A DNA stretch of 64,000 nucleotides from an uncultured Candidatus Saccharibacteria bacterium (GCA_964613715.1 CAZTJK010000004.1:3834-67833); one strand, 5' to 3'. Counted from the first letter of the stretch, positions 46,286 to 56,686 are shown. The notes: a model not told the origin generated them from the sequence alone. Numbers and translations are program-made.

Positions 46286-47080
46286 TTAGCGGATTTCGTA
46301 GGTAATGGTGACGTTCGAAGTGATCTTGTCTTCACCGGTCGGCAATACCGCTTCAGATTTTGCCATGCCGCCCATATCGGCACTCATGGTCGCATAGTAC
46401 GGGCGCGGATAGTTTCCGCCCTCCGAATACGACATGATCTTGCCAAGGCTCACGCCGAGCGACTTCGCAAGGCTCTTGGCTTGCTCGCGGGCGTCGGCGA
46501 TAGCCTGGTCGCGGGCTTGCCTGACGAGATCATCATACTTATCCTCGGTGAAATTGAGGCCGCTCATATTCGTGACATTGAATACGGACAAATCGGTCAC
46601 GATCTTGCCCACTTTCGAAATATCGCGGATCTTCAGATCGATCGAATCGGTGACATCATAGCCGGCGAGGACTTGCTTGCCGCCGTACGGATAGTTCGGC
46701 GAATTCAGATAATTGTAGCGCGGAGTAATCGTATAGCCAGTCGTCTTGATATCCTTTTCATCGATACCGTCGGCTTTGAGCGCAGCGACGATCTTGCCGA
46801 TCTTTGTATTCACGGCATCCGAAGCTTTCGATACGTCGAGATCTTCTTCCATCACTGAGAATGATATGGTTGCGATATCCGGCTTCACGGCTATTTCGCC
46901 TTTGCCTGATACGACGATGCTATTCTGATCGGTACCCTTATGGCCGTATCCGACCCAGCCGAATGCTTTCGCCGCGAAAAATGCGACGAGAAGGATCAGG
47001 ATTATCTTGAAGAATTTCCTATGGCCGCCATGGTAATAGCCATTGCAGCAGCCGCACACATTATTTTTTTCCTTGTCCAT
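46286..47080 (-). CDS. SIMPL domain (DUF541) protein
   Basis: VSGKGEIAVKPDIA, DIKT..ITPRY, AIADAREQA, VTITYEI. Confidence 0.92.
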   Translation of the reverse strand: MDKEKNNVCGCCNGYYHGGHRKFFKIILILLVAFFAAKAFGWVGYGHKGTDQNSIVVSGKGEIAVKPDIATISFSVMEEDLDVSKASDAVNTKIGKIVAALKADGIDEKDIKTTGYTITPRYNYLNSPNYPYGGKQVLAGYDVTDSIDLKIRDISKVGKIVTDLSVFNVTNMSGLNFTEDKYDDLVRQARDQAIADAREQAKSLAKSLGVSLGKIMSYSEGGNYPRPYYATMSADMGGMAKSEAVLPTGEDKITSNVTITYEIR

Positions 47081-47105
47081 ATATTTTTTGTTTAGATGAG
47101 TAAAG

Positions 47106-47951
47106 CTATTCCAGACCTGTCTGCCTCTTATATGCTATCAAAAGATTCTGAAAAAGAGAAACAACGGTCATGGGCCCGACTCCGCCCGGTACGGGTGTAA
47201 TGGCAGAAACGAGAGGCGCCACCTCATCAAAATCAACATCGCCGGCGATTGTATGACCTACTTTCGTAATGCCGACATCGATCACGATCTGGCCTTCGCG
47301 AACGAAATCTTTCGTGACGAGCTTCGGCACACCCGCTGCGCTTATCAGGATATCTGCCTGCTTGGATTTTTCTGGAATATGCTCCGTACCCTTGTGGCAG
47401 ACCGTCACGACCGCTCCTCGATGCGCGCACGCAAGCGCGACCGGATGGCCTACAAGTACCGAGCGTCCGATCACCGTCACTTTTTTTCCGGAAAGAGAGA
47501 TATGATAAAAATCAAGGAGCGAAAGAATGCCTTTCGCGGTTGCTGGGATGAATCCGTCGTCTTGATTTTCTTCAAGTAGCTTGGCATTCGTCGAATGCAA
47601 ACCATCCACGTCTTTGGCCGGATCGATAGATTCAATAACCACAGTCTTATTGATATGCGATGGCAATGGCAGCTGCACAATGATGCCGTTTACTGCTTTA
47701 TCAGTATTCAGCTTTTGTATTTGGGCGCATAATTCTGATTCGGCTATCGAGGCGGCATATTGGATATGATCGACGGTCACGCCGATCTTCGCACCGAAAC
47801 GCTTTTTCTGTTCGACATATGCTGTCGAGCGCTCGTCAGCACCGACTTGAATAATGGCGAGCTTCGGCTTCGTGCCGAGAACTGCCAATTCCGATTGCAT
47901 ATTCGCCGCGAGCATGTCGCGGACTTTTTTTCCGTCAAGAATCTGCGTCAT
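47106..47951 (-). CDS. folD: Bifunctional methylene-THF dehydrogenase/cyclohydrolase
   Basis: ILDGK, GIIVQLPLP, KDVDG, VIGRS, ITPVPGGVGPMT. Confidence 0.97.
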   Translation of the reverse strand: MTQILDGKKVRDMLAANMQSELAVLGTKPKLAIIQVGADERSTAYVEQKKRFGAKIGVTVDHIQYAASIAESELCAQIQKLNTDKAVNGIIVQLPLPSHINKTVVIESIDPAKDVDGLHSTNAKLLEENQDDGFIPATAKGILSLLDFYHISLSGKKVTVIGRSVLVGHPVALACAHRGAVVTVCHKGTEHIPEKSKQADILISAAGVPKLVTKDFVREGQIVIDVGITKVGHTIAGDVDFDEVAPLVSAITPVPGGVGPMTVVSLFQNLLIAYKRQTGLE

Positions 47952-47952
47952 A

Positions 47953-48822
47953 TTAGTTTGCACACCAACGTGTGAAAATGCCTGCCGGCAGAAGGCGCTT
48001 TCCGTTCGATTCCTCGATAGTCAGCTCGCCATATTCGAAAGCGCCGCCAAAGGTTTCAAGAAGCGGCTTGAGTAATTGATAATATGCGACGGCCGAATAT
48101 CCTGATGCATAGCCGTTCAAGATGAAAAAAAGCGGTTTTTCAGAAAGGATTTTTGAACAGTCTTCGAGCAGCTTCAGAAGATCAGCCTCTATATTCCATA
48201 TTTCTCCTTTGCCGCCGCGGCCGAATGCCGGCGGATCCATGATGATGGCATCATATTTCACTCCCCGCTTGATTTCGCGCATGACAAATTTCCGCGCATC
48301 ATCGATGAGCCAGCGCACCGGCTTCGCCGAAAGGCCTGATGCTGCGGCATTTTCCTTCGCCCAGCCGACAACGGCTTTTGATCCGTCGACATGGGTCACT
48401 TCGGCGCCGGCATAAAGAGCAGCAAGGGTAGCTGCGCCGGTATATCCGAAGAGATTGAGCACTTTGACCGGCCGACCGGCACGCGTGATGCGCTCGGCGA
48501 TCCATTTCCAATTCGAATCCTGCTCGGGGAAGATGCCAGTATGCTTGAATGCCGTCGGCTCCACATTGAGCGTAAGCGGCCCGAAGGACACCCGCCAGGC
48601 AGCCGGCATGGCGGCATTCTTCTTTTTCCACGATTTGCGATCGGCATCGAAGGTCGCATCTGCCGCTTTCCATTCAGATTCAGGAAGCGATTTTGTCCAA
48701 AGCGCCTGCGGATCTGGCCGGCGCAGGATGTACGCGCCCCAACGCTCGAGCTTTTCGCCCGCGCCGCTGTCAATGAGCTCGTAATCCTTGCCCGGCTTCG
48801 TAATGAGAGTTTTTGGTTCCAT
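47953..48822 (-). CDS. Class I SAM-dependent methyltransferase (RlmI/RlmK-like)
   Basis: HTGIFPEQ, VLNLFGYTG, MDPPAFG. Confidence 0.9.
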   Translation of the reverse strand: MEPKTLITKPGKDYELIDSGAGEKLERWGAYILRRPDPQALWTKSLPESEWKAADATFDADRKSWKKKNAAMPAAWRVSFGPLTLNVEPTAFKHTGIFPEQDSNWKWIAERITRAGRPVKVLNLFGYTGAATLAALYAGAEVTHVDGSKAVVGWAKENAAASGLSAKPVRWLIDDARKFVMREIKRGVKYDAIIMDPPAFGRGGKGEIWNIEADLLKLLEDCSKILSEKPLFFILNGYASGYSAVAYYQLLKPLLETFGGAFEYGELTIEESNGKRLLPAGIFTRWCAN

Positions 48823-48943
48823 CGCAAAAACTGTAGCACAGATCGCCCTATTTATAAACGATACGCTTCCGTGTTGACTTCAGAACGTGGCAGGCATAGA
48901 GTATGGGCAGGCAGCGTTGTTCAAAAAATCAAAGGAGGGTGCT

Positions 48944-49198
48944 ATGGCTCCCAAGCTTTCGGGCGCTCGGAAGACACTGTTTCCGAACGGTCCGTATATG
49001 AAAACAACATCCAAAGATGAAACGTTCTCGATGGTGCGCAAAGGGAAATATATCATCGCCATCTGGACATCAGCCGTGAAAAAAGCGGTGAGAGACGGCT
49101 GGAAAAAGGTCGGGAGCAAAAGGCTCGACCCGGATGATGCGATCAATGAAGCGAAAGGCTACGCAGCGGAAAATAGCCTGAAGTTTCTTCCGCAGTAG
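48944..49198 (+). CDS. Orphan basic protein
   Basis: 84 aa; TTGACT-17-TAGAGT, SD AAAGGAGG, hairpin downstream. Confidence 0.7.
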   Translation: MAPKLSGARKTLFPNGPYMKTTSKDETFSMVRKGKYIIAIWTSAVKKAVRDGWKKVGSKRLDPDDAINEAKGYAAENSLKFLPQ

Positions 49199-49242
49199 GC
49201 AAAGTGCTAGGGCGCGCGTAGAAATACGTGCGCTTTTTTCTT

Positions 49243-50016
49243 TTATCGGATGCCGAATACGCGACGAGCGTTCGCAAGCAGTTGTGTTCGTACTTTTTCC
49301 ATATCATCGCCGCGTAGCTCGGCAATTTTTTTCACTGTTTCGATGACATATGCCGGCTCATTACGCTTGCCGCGATATGGCTTCGGCGCTGCAAAAGGAG
49401 AATCCGTCTCGGCATGCATCATATCGAGCGGCGCATCTTTCACCGCTTCCTCGGTCTCTTTTGCAAAGGTGATAACGCCCGAAAATGAGACGGTGAGGCC
49501 GAGATCGTTGAACTTTGTGGCCCACTCGGCGCTCCCGGTGAAGAAATGCACGTTACCGCGAACTTTCTCGCCGTATGATTTTAGAATATCGTATGCATCC
49601 GCGTATGCATCGCGGATATGGAGCATGAGCGGCTTGTCGTACTTCACCGCAAACTCGATCTGCTTCACGAATTCTTTTTTCTGGCGCGCTTTTTCTGCTG
49701 CCAGATCGCCCACGAAGCGGAAATAATCGAGGCCGCATTCCCCTATCGCCACGACTTTCGGGCTTTTCACAAGCTCCGCGAAATCTTTTTCCTCGAACAC
49801 GAAATCTGCATTGTCCCGCGGATGCGCGCCGATGCAAGCCCACAGATTTTCATGCGCTTCCGCGAGCTTCACTGCTTCGCGCGAGGTCTCTAGATCAACA
49901 CCAACAACTATTGCTCCAACACCTGCTTCACGCATGCGCGCCATTACCGCTGCCTGATCTGCGCCATAATCGACAAAAGAGATATGCGAATGAATATCGA
50001 TATACTTTAATTCCAT
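49243..50016 (-). CDS. tatD: TatD-family metal-dependent nuclease
   Basis: DIHSH, GAHP, AIGECGLDY, LHIR, ETDSP, RNEP. Confidence 0.94.
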   Translation of the reverse strand: MELKYIDIHSHISFVDYGADQAAVMARMREAGVGAIVVGVDLETSREAVKLAEAHENLWACIGAHPRDNADFVFEEKDFAELVKSPKVVAIGECGLDYFRFVGDLAAEKARQKKEFVKQIEFAVKYDKPLMLHIRDAYADAYDILKSYGEKVRGNVHFFTGSAEWATKFNDLGLTVSFSGVITFAKETEEAVKDAPLDMMHAETDSPFAAPKPYRGKRNEPAYVIETVKKIAELRGDDMEKVRTQLLANARRVFGIR

Positions 50017-50061
50017 GAGCAAATACTAGCATAGAAAAACCCTCTGCTTTGAAACAGAGGG

Positions 50062-50586
50062 TTATCTTACTTCTCGGACTCCGACGAATGCTACGCCCAT
50101 CGGCTGGAATTGGCACATAAAGACATCGGCCATACATTCACCATTGAAACCATAGAGAACCGGAGCAAATTGGCCGTCATCTTGAGAATACACCGAACCA
50201 AGAGCGAACAATACCTCTCTCGATGCAATGATCTGCTCTCGGCATTGTACGGCATAGAACAGAAGCTCTTTCAGATTCGCCGGCCTGAAACCCGCCCGCT
50301 TCATTTGAGCACCGATCGCATCGACATGAAATCCGGACCGATCGTGCATCCGGCGCAATGCGATGATCGCCTGGTCTACTACGCTCGGTGCACCGACTGT
50401 TTTCGGATAGAATTCGCAAAACATGAGCGATTTCTTTCCCTGCTCGCACGATGCAAGATGCTCCTGTTTGAGCGACCAGGTATAGCGATAATGACCGAGT
50501 CGGGCCAGATCCTGTACAGAACAGCTATAATCTACCGTGAGCTTGACGCCTTTCCTCTTCTGCAACAGAAAGATAAGATCTCCCAT
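50062..50586 (-). CDS. Hypothetical protein (RPAxxxELL..ALGS motif)
   Basis: 174 aa; SD AAAGGAGG; hairpin at about 50038-50063. Confidence 0.7.
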   Translation of the reverse strand: MGDLIFLLQKRKGVKLTVDYSCSVQDLARLGHYRYTWSLKQEHLASCEQGKKSLMFCEFYPKTVGAPSVVDQAIIALRRMHDRSGFHVDAIGAQMKRAGFRPANLKELLFYAVQCREQIIASREVLFALGSVYSQDDGQFAPVLYGFNGECMADVFMCQFQPMGVAFVGVREVR

Positions 50587-50647
50587 CGCAGCCTCCTTTC
50601 AAGGCTCATCTCATGTAAACCTAGCACAGAATCTGCGAACAGTATAT

Positions 50648-52117
50648 TTAATCTTTCCTCGCAAAAAGCGGCGTTTCTGGCTTCTTGTTTTCTTTGATGA
50701 GTACAAGCATCTTTTCTGCGGTTTCTGCTAAAAACGGCTTGAGATTATAGGCGATTTCGGCAAGGCAGGCAATATATTCTTCGAGCAGTTTCTTGCCCGC
50801 CGCGGCATCGGTTTTCACCACTTTGAATACTTGCTCATCGGAAATTCTCTTGTCGAGCTTGCCAACGAGCGTCCAGACGAGCTCTGCAGCATGCTGAAGA
50901 TTGAAACTATCGAGCGCGCCCGCGACGAATGCATTCATCTCTTTCTTGCATTCGTCCTCTACAATCGCTGCGGCAACTTTCGTATCGATATATTTTTCTG
51001 ACAGCGTGAGAATGCGGCTCGTGAGGTTCCCGATACCGTTCGCAAGGCCAGCATTGTAAGCCTCTTTGAATGCTTCCATGGTAAACGGCGAATCTTCAAA
51101 TGAAGACACTTCGCGCAACAGATAATAGCGCAGCGCGTCTGTGCCGTATTCGGCGACGAGCGCGAGCGGGTCGGCGACATTGCCGAGCGATTTCGACATT
51201 TTCACGCCGCCTGCGCCCGTGATGAAGCCGTCGATCACAATCGTCTGGGAATTTGGCAGTCTTGCAGCCATGAGCATGGCCTGCCACATGGCGGACTGCT
51301 GGCGGAGATTGTCCTTGCCGCAATATTGCACCATGCCGCCACTCTCTACTTGCCATTTCTCGAAGCTTTTTGAGTCACTCGGCCAGCCGATGGTGGAAAT
51401 ATAATTGACGAGTGCGTCGAACCACACATACATCACCTGCTTTTCATCACCTGGCACCGGCACGCCCCAGGGCATCTTCTCGGCAAGGCGCGAAATGGAA
51501 AAATCTTGGAGGCCGCGCGAGACAAATGCCTTGATCTCATTGAAGCGAGTGTCGGGAATGACGAAATGCGGATGCTCGGCATAGAATTTCAAAAGCTTGT
51601 CCTGGAATGCCGACCATTTGAAGAAATAATTCTCTTCGTCGATGAGCTCGAGCTCGAGATTCGGATGATCCTTGCAGCGGCCGTTCTCAAGCTCAGATTC
51701 TGATTTCTCAAGCTCGCAGCCGACGCAGTATTTGACCTGGTAATTCTTCTTGTAGATATAGCCGTTTGTGTCGCAGACCTTCCAAAACTCCTGCGCTGCT
51801 GCGACATGATGCGCATCAGTAGTACGGATGAAATGCACGTCCTCCGAAATACCGAGCTCGGTAAGCGCCGCTTTGAATTTCGCCGCATATGAATCAACGT
51901 ACGCTTGGATATTCTTCCCCTCTTCGGTTGCCTTGCGATAGACCTTCTGGCCATGCTCGTCGGTGCCGGTATTGAAAAAGACATCGAAGCCTTGGAGCTT
52001 CTTATAGCGAGCGATTGTATCTGCGCGGACGAATTCAAGCGCGTGGCCAAGATGCGGCTCTGCGTTCACATACGGCAAAGTCGTCGTGATATAAAAAGGT
52101 TTCTTGTCTCCAGTCAT
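50648..52117 (-). CDS. metG: Methionine--tRNA ligase (short form)
   Basis: YITTTLPYVNAEPHLGH, TGTDEHG, YVWFDAL, KMSKSLGN. Confidence 0.97.
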   Translation of the reverse strand: MTGDKKPFYITTTLPYVNAEPHLGHALEFVRADTIARYKKLQGFDVFFNTGTDEHGQKVYRKATEEGKNIQAYVDSYAAKFKAALTELGISEDVHFIRTTDAHHVAAAQEFWKVCDTNGYIYKKNYQVKYCVGCELEKSESELENGRCKDHPNLELELIDEENYFFKWSAFQDKLLKFYAEHPHFVIPDTRFNEIKAFVSRGLQDFSISRLAEKMPWGVPVPGDEKQVMYVWFDALVNYISTIGWPSDSKSFEKWQVESGGMVQYCGKDNLRQQSAMWQAMLMAARLPNSQTIVIDGFITGAGGVKMSKSLGNVADPLALVAEYGTDALRYYLLREVSSFEDSPFTMEAFKEAYNAGLANGIGNLTSRILTLSEKYIDTKVAAAIVEDECKKEMNAFVAGALDSFNLQHAAELVWTLVGKLDKRISDEQVFKVVKTDAAAGKKLLEEYIACLAEIAYNLKPFLAETAEKMLVLIKENKKPETPLFARKD

Positions 52118-52120
52118 AGA

Positions 52121-53287
52121 TCAGATTTTCTCGAGTTCTTCAGCCTTTTTCCAGAACAAGGTCTTGCGCTTCTCGATGTCCTCGATGAATTCCATGAGCG
52201 CCGAGACCATCGGCACGGAGAGGACGATGCCGAGGAATCCGGCAAGCTTTGCGCCGACAATGAGCGCGAGGATGACGATGATCGGCGAAACGCCGACGAT
52301 CTTACGCACCACGAGCGGATAGATGAGATGGCTCTCGAACTGCTGCACGATTACATACAAACCGACGACCAAGAGGCCCGCTGTCACGCCGCCGCCGACA
52401 AAAGCCATGATGATCGCTGGAATGGATGCAAGGATCGGTCCGAAAACGGGAATGATCTCAAGGAGGCCCGAGATGACGGCAAGCATGAGTGCATTATCGA
52501 CGCCAAGAATGACGAGACCAAGATACAAAAGCACGCCGACGAGAATGCCGAGGAGAAGCTGTCCCTGCATCCACTGGCCGATTTTCCGCTGCGAGCGGCG
52601 CCAGAGGTCGACGACGTATTTCTCCTGTTTGACCGGCGTGACGAGGCCGAGGAATTTCGCGACGCCGTCTTCCTGCACCACGAGATAAAACGAGAGCACG
52701 ACGATGAGGATGAAGGAGAGGAGGCCGCCGAACACCGCGCTGACAATTTTCACGAAGCCGTTCGTGACATTCGCCGTAATATCCTGAATGCTCTGAATGA
52801 GATCGCCGATGCCAAACGATGCACCAGTAACAGGAAGCTTCTGGCTTGAAATATCTTTCACAAGCTGCGTCGGATTATTGACTCCTTCGGAAAGGCTCTG
52901 CACCACTTTCTGCGGCGTTGCGATGTCGGAGCTTGTCACTCCGAGCGGATTCCAGAGTGTCGTCGAGTCGATATATTTCGGCAATGCCGCCAGAAATGCG
53001 GAAGTTTCATTCAAGACCGCCGGCACGAAGAAAAAGAGCAGGCCGAAGCAGATGCCGACAAGGCCGAGATACGAAATGATCGCGGCAGGCAGGCGATGCA
53101 CTTTGAATTTCCTGAACCAGAGTATCAGGGGCTCGATGCCGCTTGCGATGACGACGGCCGTCAGCACGACGAGCACGATATCCTTGATGAAAAAGAGAAA
53201 CCAGAAAAGCAAGAGGAGGAGAATCCCCTTCAGGAATGATGCAGGAGTGATATTGACGACGATTTTCGGAGTATCTTTTGATTCCAT
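52121..53287 (-). CDS. AI-2E family transporter
   Basis: Multi-TM; WMQGQ, IPVFGP, QQFESHLIYP. Confidence 0.92.
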   Translation of the reverse strand: MESKDTPKIVVNITPASFLKGILLLLLFWFLFFIKDIVLVVLTAVVIASGIEPLILWFRKFKVHRLPAAIISYLGLVGICFGLLFFFVPAVLNETSAFLAALPKYIDSTTLWNPLGVTSSDIATPQKVVQSLSEGVNNPTQLVKDISSQKLPVTGASFGIGDLIQSIQDITANVTNGFVKIVSAVFGGLLSFILIVVLSFYLVVQEDGVAKFLGLVTPVKQEKYVVDLWRRSQRKIGQWMQGQLLLGILVGVLLYLGLVILGVDNALMLAVISGLLEIIPVFGPILASIPAIIMAFVGGGVTAGLLVVGLYVIVQQFESHLIYPLVVRKIVGVSPIIVILALIVGAKLAGFLGIVLSVPMVSALMEFIEDIEKRKTLFWKKAEELEKI

Positions 53288-53326
53288 ACGCGCATCATAG
53301 CACTTCAGAGGGGTTTTTGAAAGGAA

Positions 53327-53361
53327 AACGGGGCGGCGGGCCTTCGGCCCGCCGCCCCGTT
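53327..53361. terminator. GC-rich hairpin ending pilus operon
   Basis: AACGGGGCGGCGGGCC-TTC-GGCCCGCCGCCCCGTT. Confidence 0.7.
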
Positions 53362-53368
53362 GAGAGCC

Positions 53369-55171
53369 CTAATTACTGAGTTCTTTCCAGGACGTGATAT
53401 TGAAGCTGCCGGATGGGCCGGACGAGAAATTCGGATTCGCCAAGCCGCTCTGATAGGTGATATTCGTCGCGCCACTCATGATGATCATATTTGCCGTCGC
53501 TTCATTGACATTCGAGCTGCCGGAAAAATTGATCGTGCCGTTTTGCGCATTAAGAATCACCGCGCCGGCTGCGCCGGAAATATCCATCGCATAGGCGCCG
53601 CTGCAGGTGCCGCCACCGGCGCAGCTTGAGGTCGTCACAAGCATGATATAGCTGCCTGATGTGCCCGAGCCGGTCAGATTGCCGCTGCCACCGACAATCA
53701 CTTTTCCATCAGTGACAATGATGCCGCTATTGGCACCATACGAGGATGAAAGCTTTATTTTCCCAGCGCCGTCAACGGTCACATTGCCTGTCACGTAGAG
53801 CGTGCCGGTAAGCGTGAGCGTCACCGAACCGCCGATGTGAAGATTACCGCTTATTTTTTTCGGCCCGAGCGTGAGACTTGATGCATCGCTGTAATCATAA
53901 TTGCCATTGATGACGCCACCGGCAGTCGCCTCATCTTTCCACGAGGTGATATTGCCGCTTGAAACCGGATATGACGATGGCGATGGGTCATCATAGCTCG
54001 TGCATGACTTGTTATTGAGCAGCTCGTTCTGGCAGCGCAATTCGCCGGTCGCGCTTGTGTATTGGATCGTATGCGCCCATGCCATGCCGCTGCCACCCGT
54101 GCCGACATGCAGCGGGTTATATTGGCTATCGCCCGAAATTTTTGAGAAAAAGTCGCCAAGATAGAGGCGGAAGTAGGCATCGTAGCCAGCGTTCGACCAT
54201 GAGCTGCCGAGCGATCCGGTTTTTGCAGTGCCGAGCGTATAGCTCGTATCAAGATTTGCACCGATGACATAATTATTCGAAGCGGAGCCAGTCGAGCCAT
54301 CGATGACGATCCAGTACGTATTGCCGACCGTAAGCGACGGGTTCGGAGAAAGCGCTACGTCGACCCAATCAAGGCTCGTCGTCACGAGAGAGGAATTGAG
54401 CGCGCCGCTCGCGACGACATCACCTGCGACGGTCGACGGGGAACCGCCGCTATCTTTGACGATTTTGACGGTCAGACTCGCCGGGCTGCCAGCCTTTTTC
54501 ACATAGAGCGATACTTGAGTGATAGCAGATGTCGTCGAGACCTGGAAACTTTGCGCCACGTCCTGGGTCGCCGCAGCATTGCCGAAGGTGATCGAATTCG
54601 GTGAGGAGGTCGGCGTGTCATTCGATTGGTCTTCTGTCATCGCCCCATTCGATACGATCGCTGACCCGGTGATATAGGCGCTCGAGCTACCGACGATGTC
54701 TCCGCTCGAAAACACATTACCGGTCACGCCGGAGCTTCCTGACATTGAAAAGCCGCCCTGCCCTACCTGCACCCCGTAAGTGAAGGAAACGCCGGCGCCC
54801 TCCTTCACTTTTGTCTCAATTTTCTTTTGATAGCCGGCATCATCGGAAAGCGTCGTGACCGTCATGCCGTCGACGCCGTTGATCGATCCGGAAAATGTCG
54901 TTGTCGCGCTGTAGCCGTTTAGCGTGATGGATTCGGTCGAGCCGACGTACTGGGTATAGGTCGCATCTTTCAGGCGATAGAGTACGTCTTCCGCACCGGC
55001 TTCCGAGAGGAAATAGCTTTGCTTAGCGCCCCAGATATCGCGCGACAGGAGTATTTGCTTCACGATCGGCGTCGTGAGGCCGAAGACAATGACGAAAGAA
55101 ACAAGCATGAAGATGACCGCGGTCACAAGCATTGCATATCCTTTTTTCTGTTGTGTCGGCATGATCGTCAT
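53369..55171 (-). CDS. Large PilX/GspK-like minor pilin with inserted carbohydrate-binding-like (choice-of-anchor R-like) domain
   Basis: KKG/YAMLV prepilin site lacking Glu5; QSYFLSEAGAE; AQSFQ..YWIVI insert; ends SWKE. Confidence 0.8.
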   Translation of the reverse strand: MTIMPTQQKKGYAMLVTAVIFMLVSFVIVFGLTTPIVKQILLSRDIWGAKQSYFLSEAGAEDVLYRLKDATYTQYVGSTESITLNGYSATTTFSGSINGVDGMTVTTLSDDAGYQKKIETKVKEGAGVSFTYGVQVGQGGFSMSGSSGVTGNVFSSGDIVGSSSAYITGSAIVSNGAMTEDQSNDTPTSSPNSITFGNAAATQDVAQSFQVSTTSAITQVSLYVKKAGSPASLTVKIVKDSGGSPSTVAGDVVASGALNSSLVTTSLDWVDVALSPNPSLTVGNTYWIVIDGSTGSASNNYVIGANLDTSYTLGTAKTGSLGSSWSNAGYDAYFRLYLGDFFSKISGDSQYNPLHVGTGGSGMAWAHTIQYTSATGELRCQNELLNNKSCTSYDDPSPSSYPVSSGNITSWKDEATAGGVINGNYDYSDASSLTLGPKKISGNLHIGGSVTLTLTGTLYVTGNVTVDGAGKIKLSSSYGANSGIIVTDGKVIVGGSGNLTGSGTSGSYIMLVTTSSCAGGGTCSGAYAMDISGAAGAVILNAQNGTINFSGSSNVNEATANMIIMSGATNITYQSGLANPNFSSGPSGSFNITSWKELSN

Positions 55172-55175
55172 AATA

Positions 55176-55727
55176 TTAGTAGGATCCACGCAGTATCGCA
55201 GTGCTATAAAACCATTCCGTCGATGTCTGGCCGTTTGCCGTCGCCGAAAGATTCAGCTGAATGCGCACGGCCTGTGAATTCCCCGTCGAGATTTTCGTGA
55301 AGATGAGCTTATTGACTTTCGTGCCGTAAAGCGTCACTGGGCCAATAAGGGATGGTGTCGTCGAGCCGCCACTATAATTGAGCGTCTGTGAGCTTGATGT
55401 CGCAAATTTCACTACATACGGATTGCCGCTTGCATCGAGCTGATTAAGCTGTAATACTCCCGCTGCCGAAGGATACAGGGTGCTGTTTGCCGTATCGACC
55501 GATTGCGATGCGCGAATCTGCCGCTCCATCGCCTCGATCGCTGCATATGCGGAATTGCGCAGATTGGAATCCGCGAATGAACTGCGATTGGACTTGAATA
55601 CGACGACGAGTGACTGGATGAGTGCCGTGCCGATGATCGTGATGATGAGGACATAGATCAGCATTTCTATCATCGTAAAACCCTGCTGTGTGCCCCCTCT
55701 TCGTACTGTATGGAAAAATGATTTCAT
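55176..55727 (-). CDS. Type IV minor pilin (PilW/GspJ-like)
   Basis: QQG/FTMIEML prepilin motif. Confidence 0.88.
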   Translation of the reverse strand: MKSFFHTVRRGGTQQGFTMIEMLIYVLIITIIGTALIQSLVVVFKSNRSSFADSNLRNSAYAAIEAMERQIRASQSVDTANSTLYPSAAGVLQLNQLDASGNPYVVKFATSSSQTLNYSGGSTTPSLIGPVTLYGTKVNKLIFTKISTGNSQAVRIQLNLSATANGQTSTEWFYSTAILRGSY

Positions 55728-55728
55728 G

Positions 55729-56223
55729 TCAGTTACCGATAATATTGGTCAGATACGTCGCGATGGTTTTGACGGTCGTTGTCGCCTTGTATGGCCAGGA
55801 AACGGACACGGTCACTTTTCTGGTATTGGCATCGACGGTGCCGCCGCTTGATACGATCCTGCCATTGCTATCGCGCATGACCGTTGCGAGATTTATCTTG
55901 CGCGTCATGCTGTCGGTCGTTGTCGCAGTCGTCGTCGCCTTCCAGGCATAATTAGTTGATGAAGAATAATCGAACACGAGGTAATAGGTCGTGCTCGTGG
56001 AAAGCGCAGTGACATTGGTCCATGCTGCATCGCGGATAGTACGCATCGCCTCCACGCCTTCTTCGCCGAAATATGCCGCCTGGGCCGACTGCAAGCTATC
56101 CCCTGCGCCAGAAAGGTACAGATTGCTCGCATAAATGAGCGCGCCTAAAATGACAGAGAATACGAATACGCCGACAAGCACCTCGACAAGACCCATTCCT
56201 TTTTTGAGCGATATGCGCTGCAT
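55729..56223 (-). CDS. Type IV minor pilin (PilV/GspI-like)
   Basis: KKG/MGLVEVL; EEGVEAMRTIRD; KVTVSVSW. Confidence 0.85.
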   Translation of the reverse strand: MQRISLKKGMGLVEVLVGVFVFSVILGALIYASNLYLSGAGDSLQSAQAAYFGEEGVEAMRTIRDAAWTNVTALSTSTTYYLVFDYSSSTNYAWKATTTATTTDSMTRKINLATVMRDSNGRIVSSGGTVDANTRKVTVSVSWPYKATTTVKTIATYLTNIIGN

Positions 56224-56233
56224 AGAAAGCGAT

Positions 56234-56686
56234 TTAGTTGCGTTCAACCACGCCGGTTGAGAATACCCGTATTGTACTACTTTGCGACGGAGCGCTCAAA
56301 AGATAGAGCGTGATCGTGCCGCTTGCTGTCGTCTCGCCGGAGACATTCTGAAAAATGACATCGGTGCCGATGCCGGTCGACGTGGAAATGCCGACAAGCG
56401 TCGACAGGACGAAATCCTTGTTGCCTGTGCCGTAGCTGTCTTGGAACGACGTCACTTTCGTTTTTCCGATTCGAAGGCCGTAGTCGGCGGCATTCTTCGA
56501 AGAGATCGCAAGCGATCGCGCCTCATTCAAAAGCGACATAACGGAAAGCGTGGCCTTATCGAGCGTCTGCGCCGTGCCGAGGCTTGAAAATGAAAGTGTC
56601 ATGACTGCGGCGATGAGCGCAAGGATCACGACGACAGCCATCGTCTCAAGGAGCGTGAATCCCCGTTTGGAATTCGGCAATCGCAT
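56234..56686 (-). CDS. Type IV minor pilin (FimT/GspH-like)
   Basis: KRG/FTLLETM; LNEARSLA. Confidence 0.88.
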   Translation of the reverse strand: MRLPNSKRGFTLLETMAVVVILALIAAVMTLSFSSLGTAQTLDKATLSVMSLLNEARSLAISSKNAADYGLRIGKTKVTSFQDSYGTGNKDFVLSTLVGISTSTGIGTDVIFQNVSGETTASGTITLYLLSAPSQSSTIRVFSTGVVERN

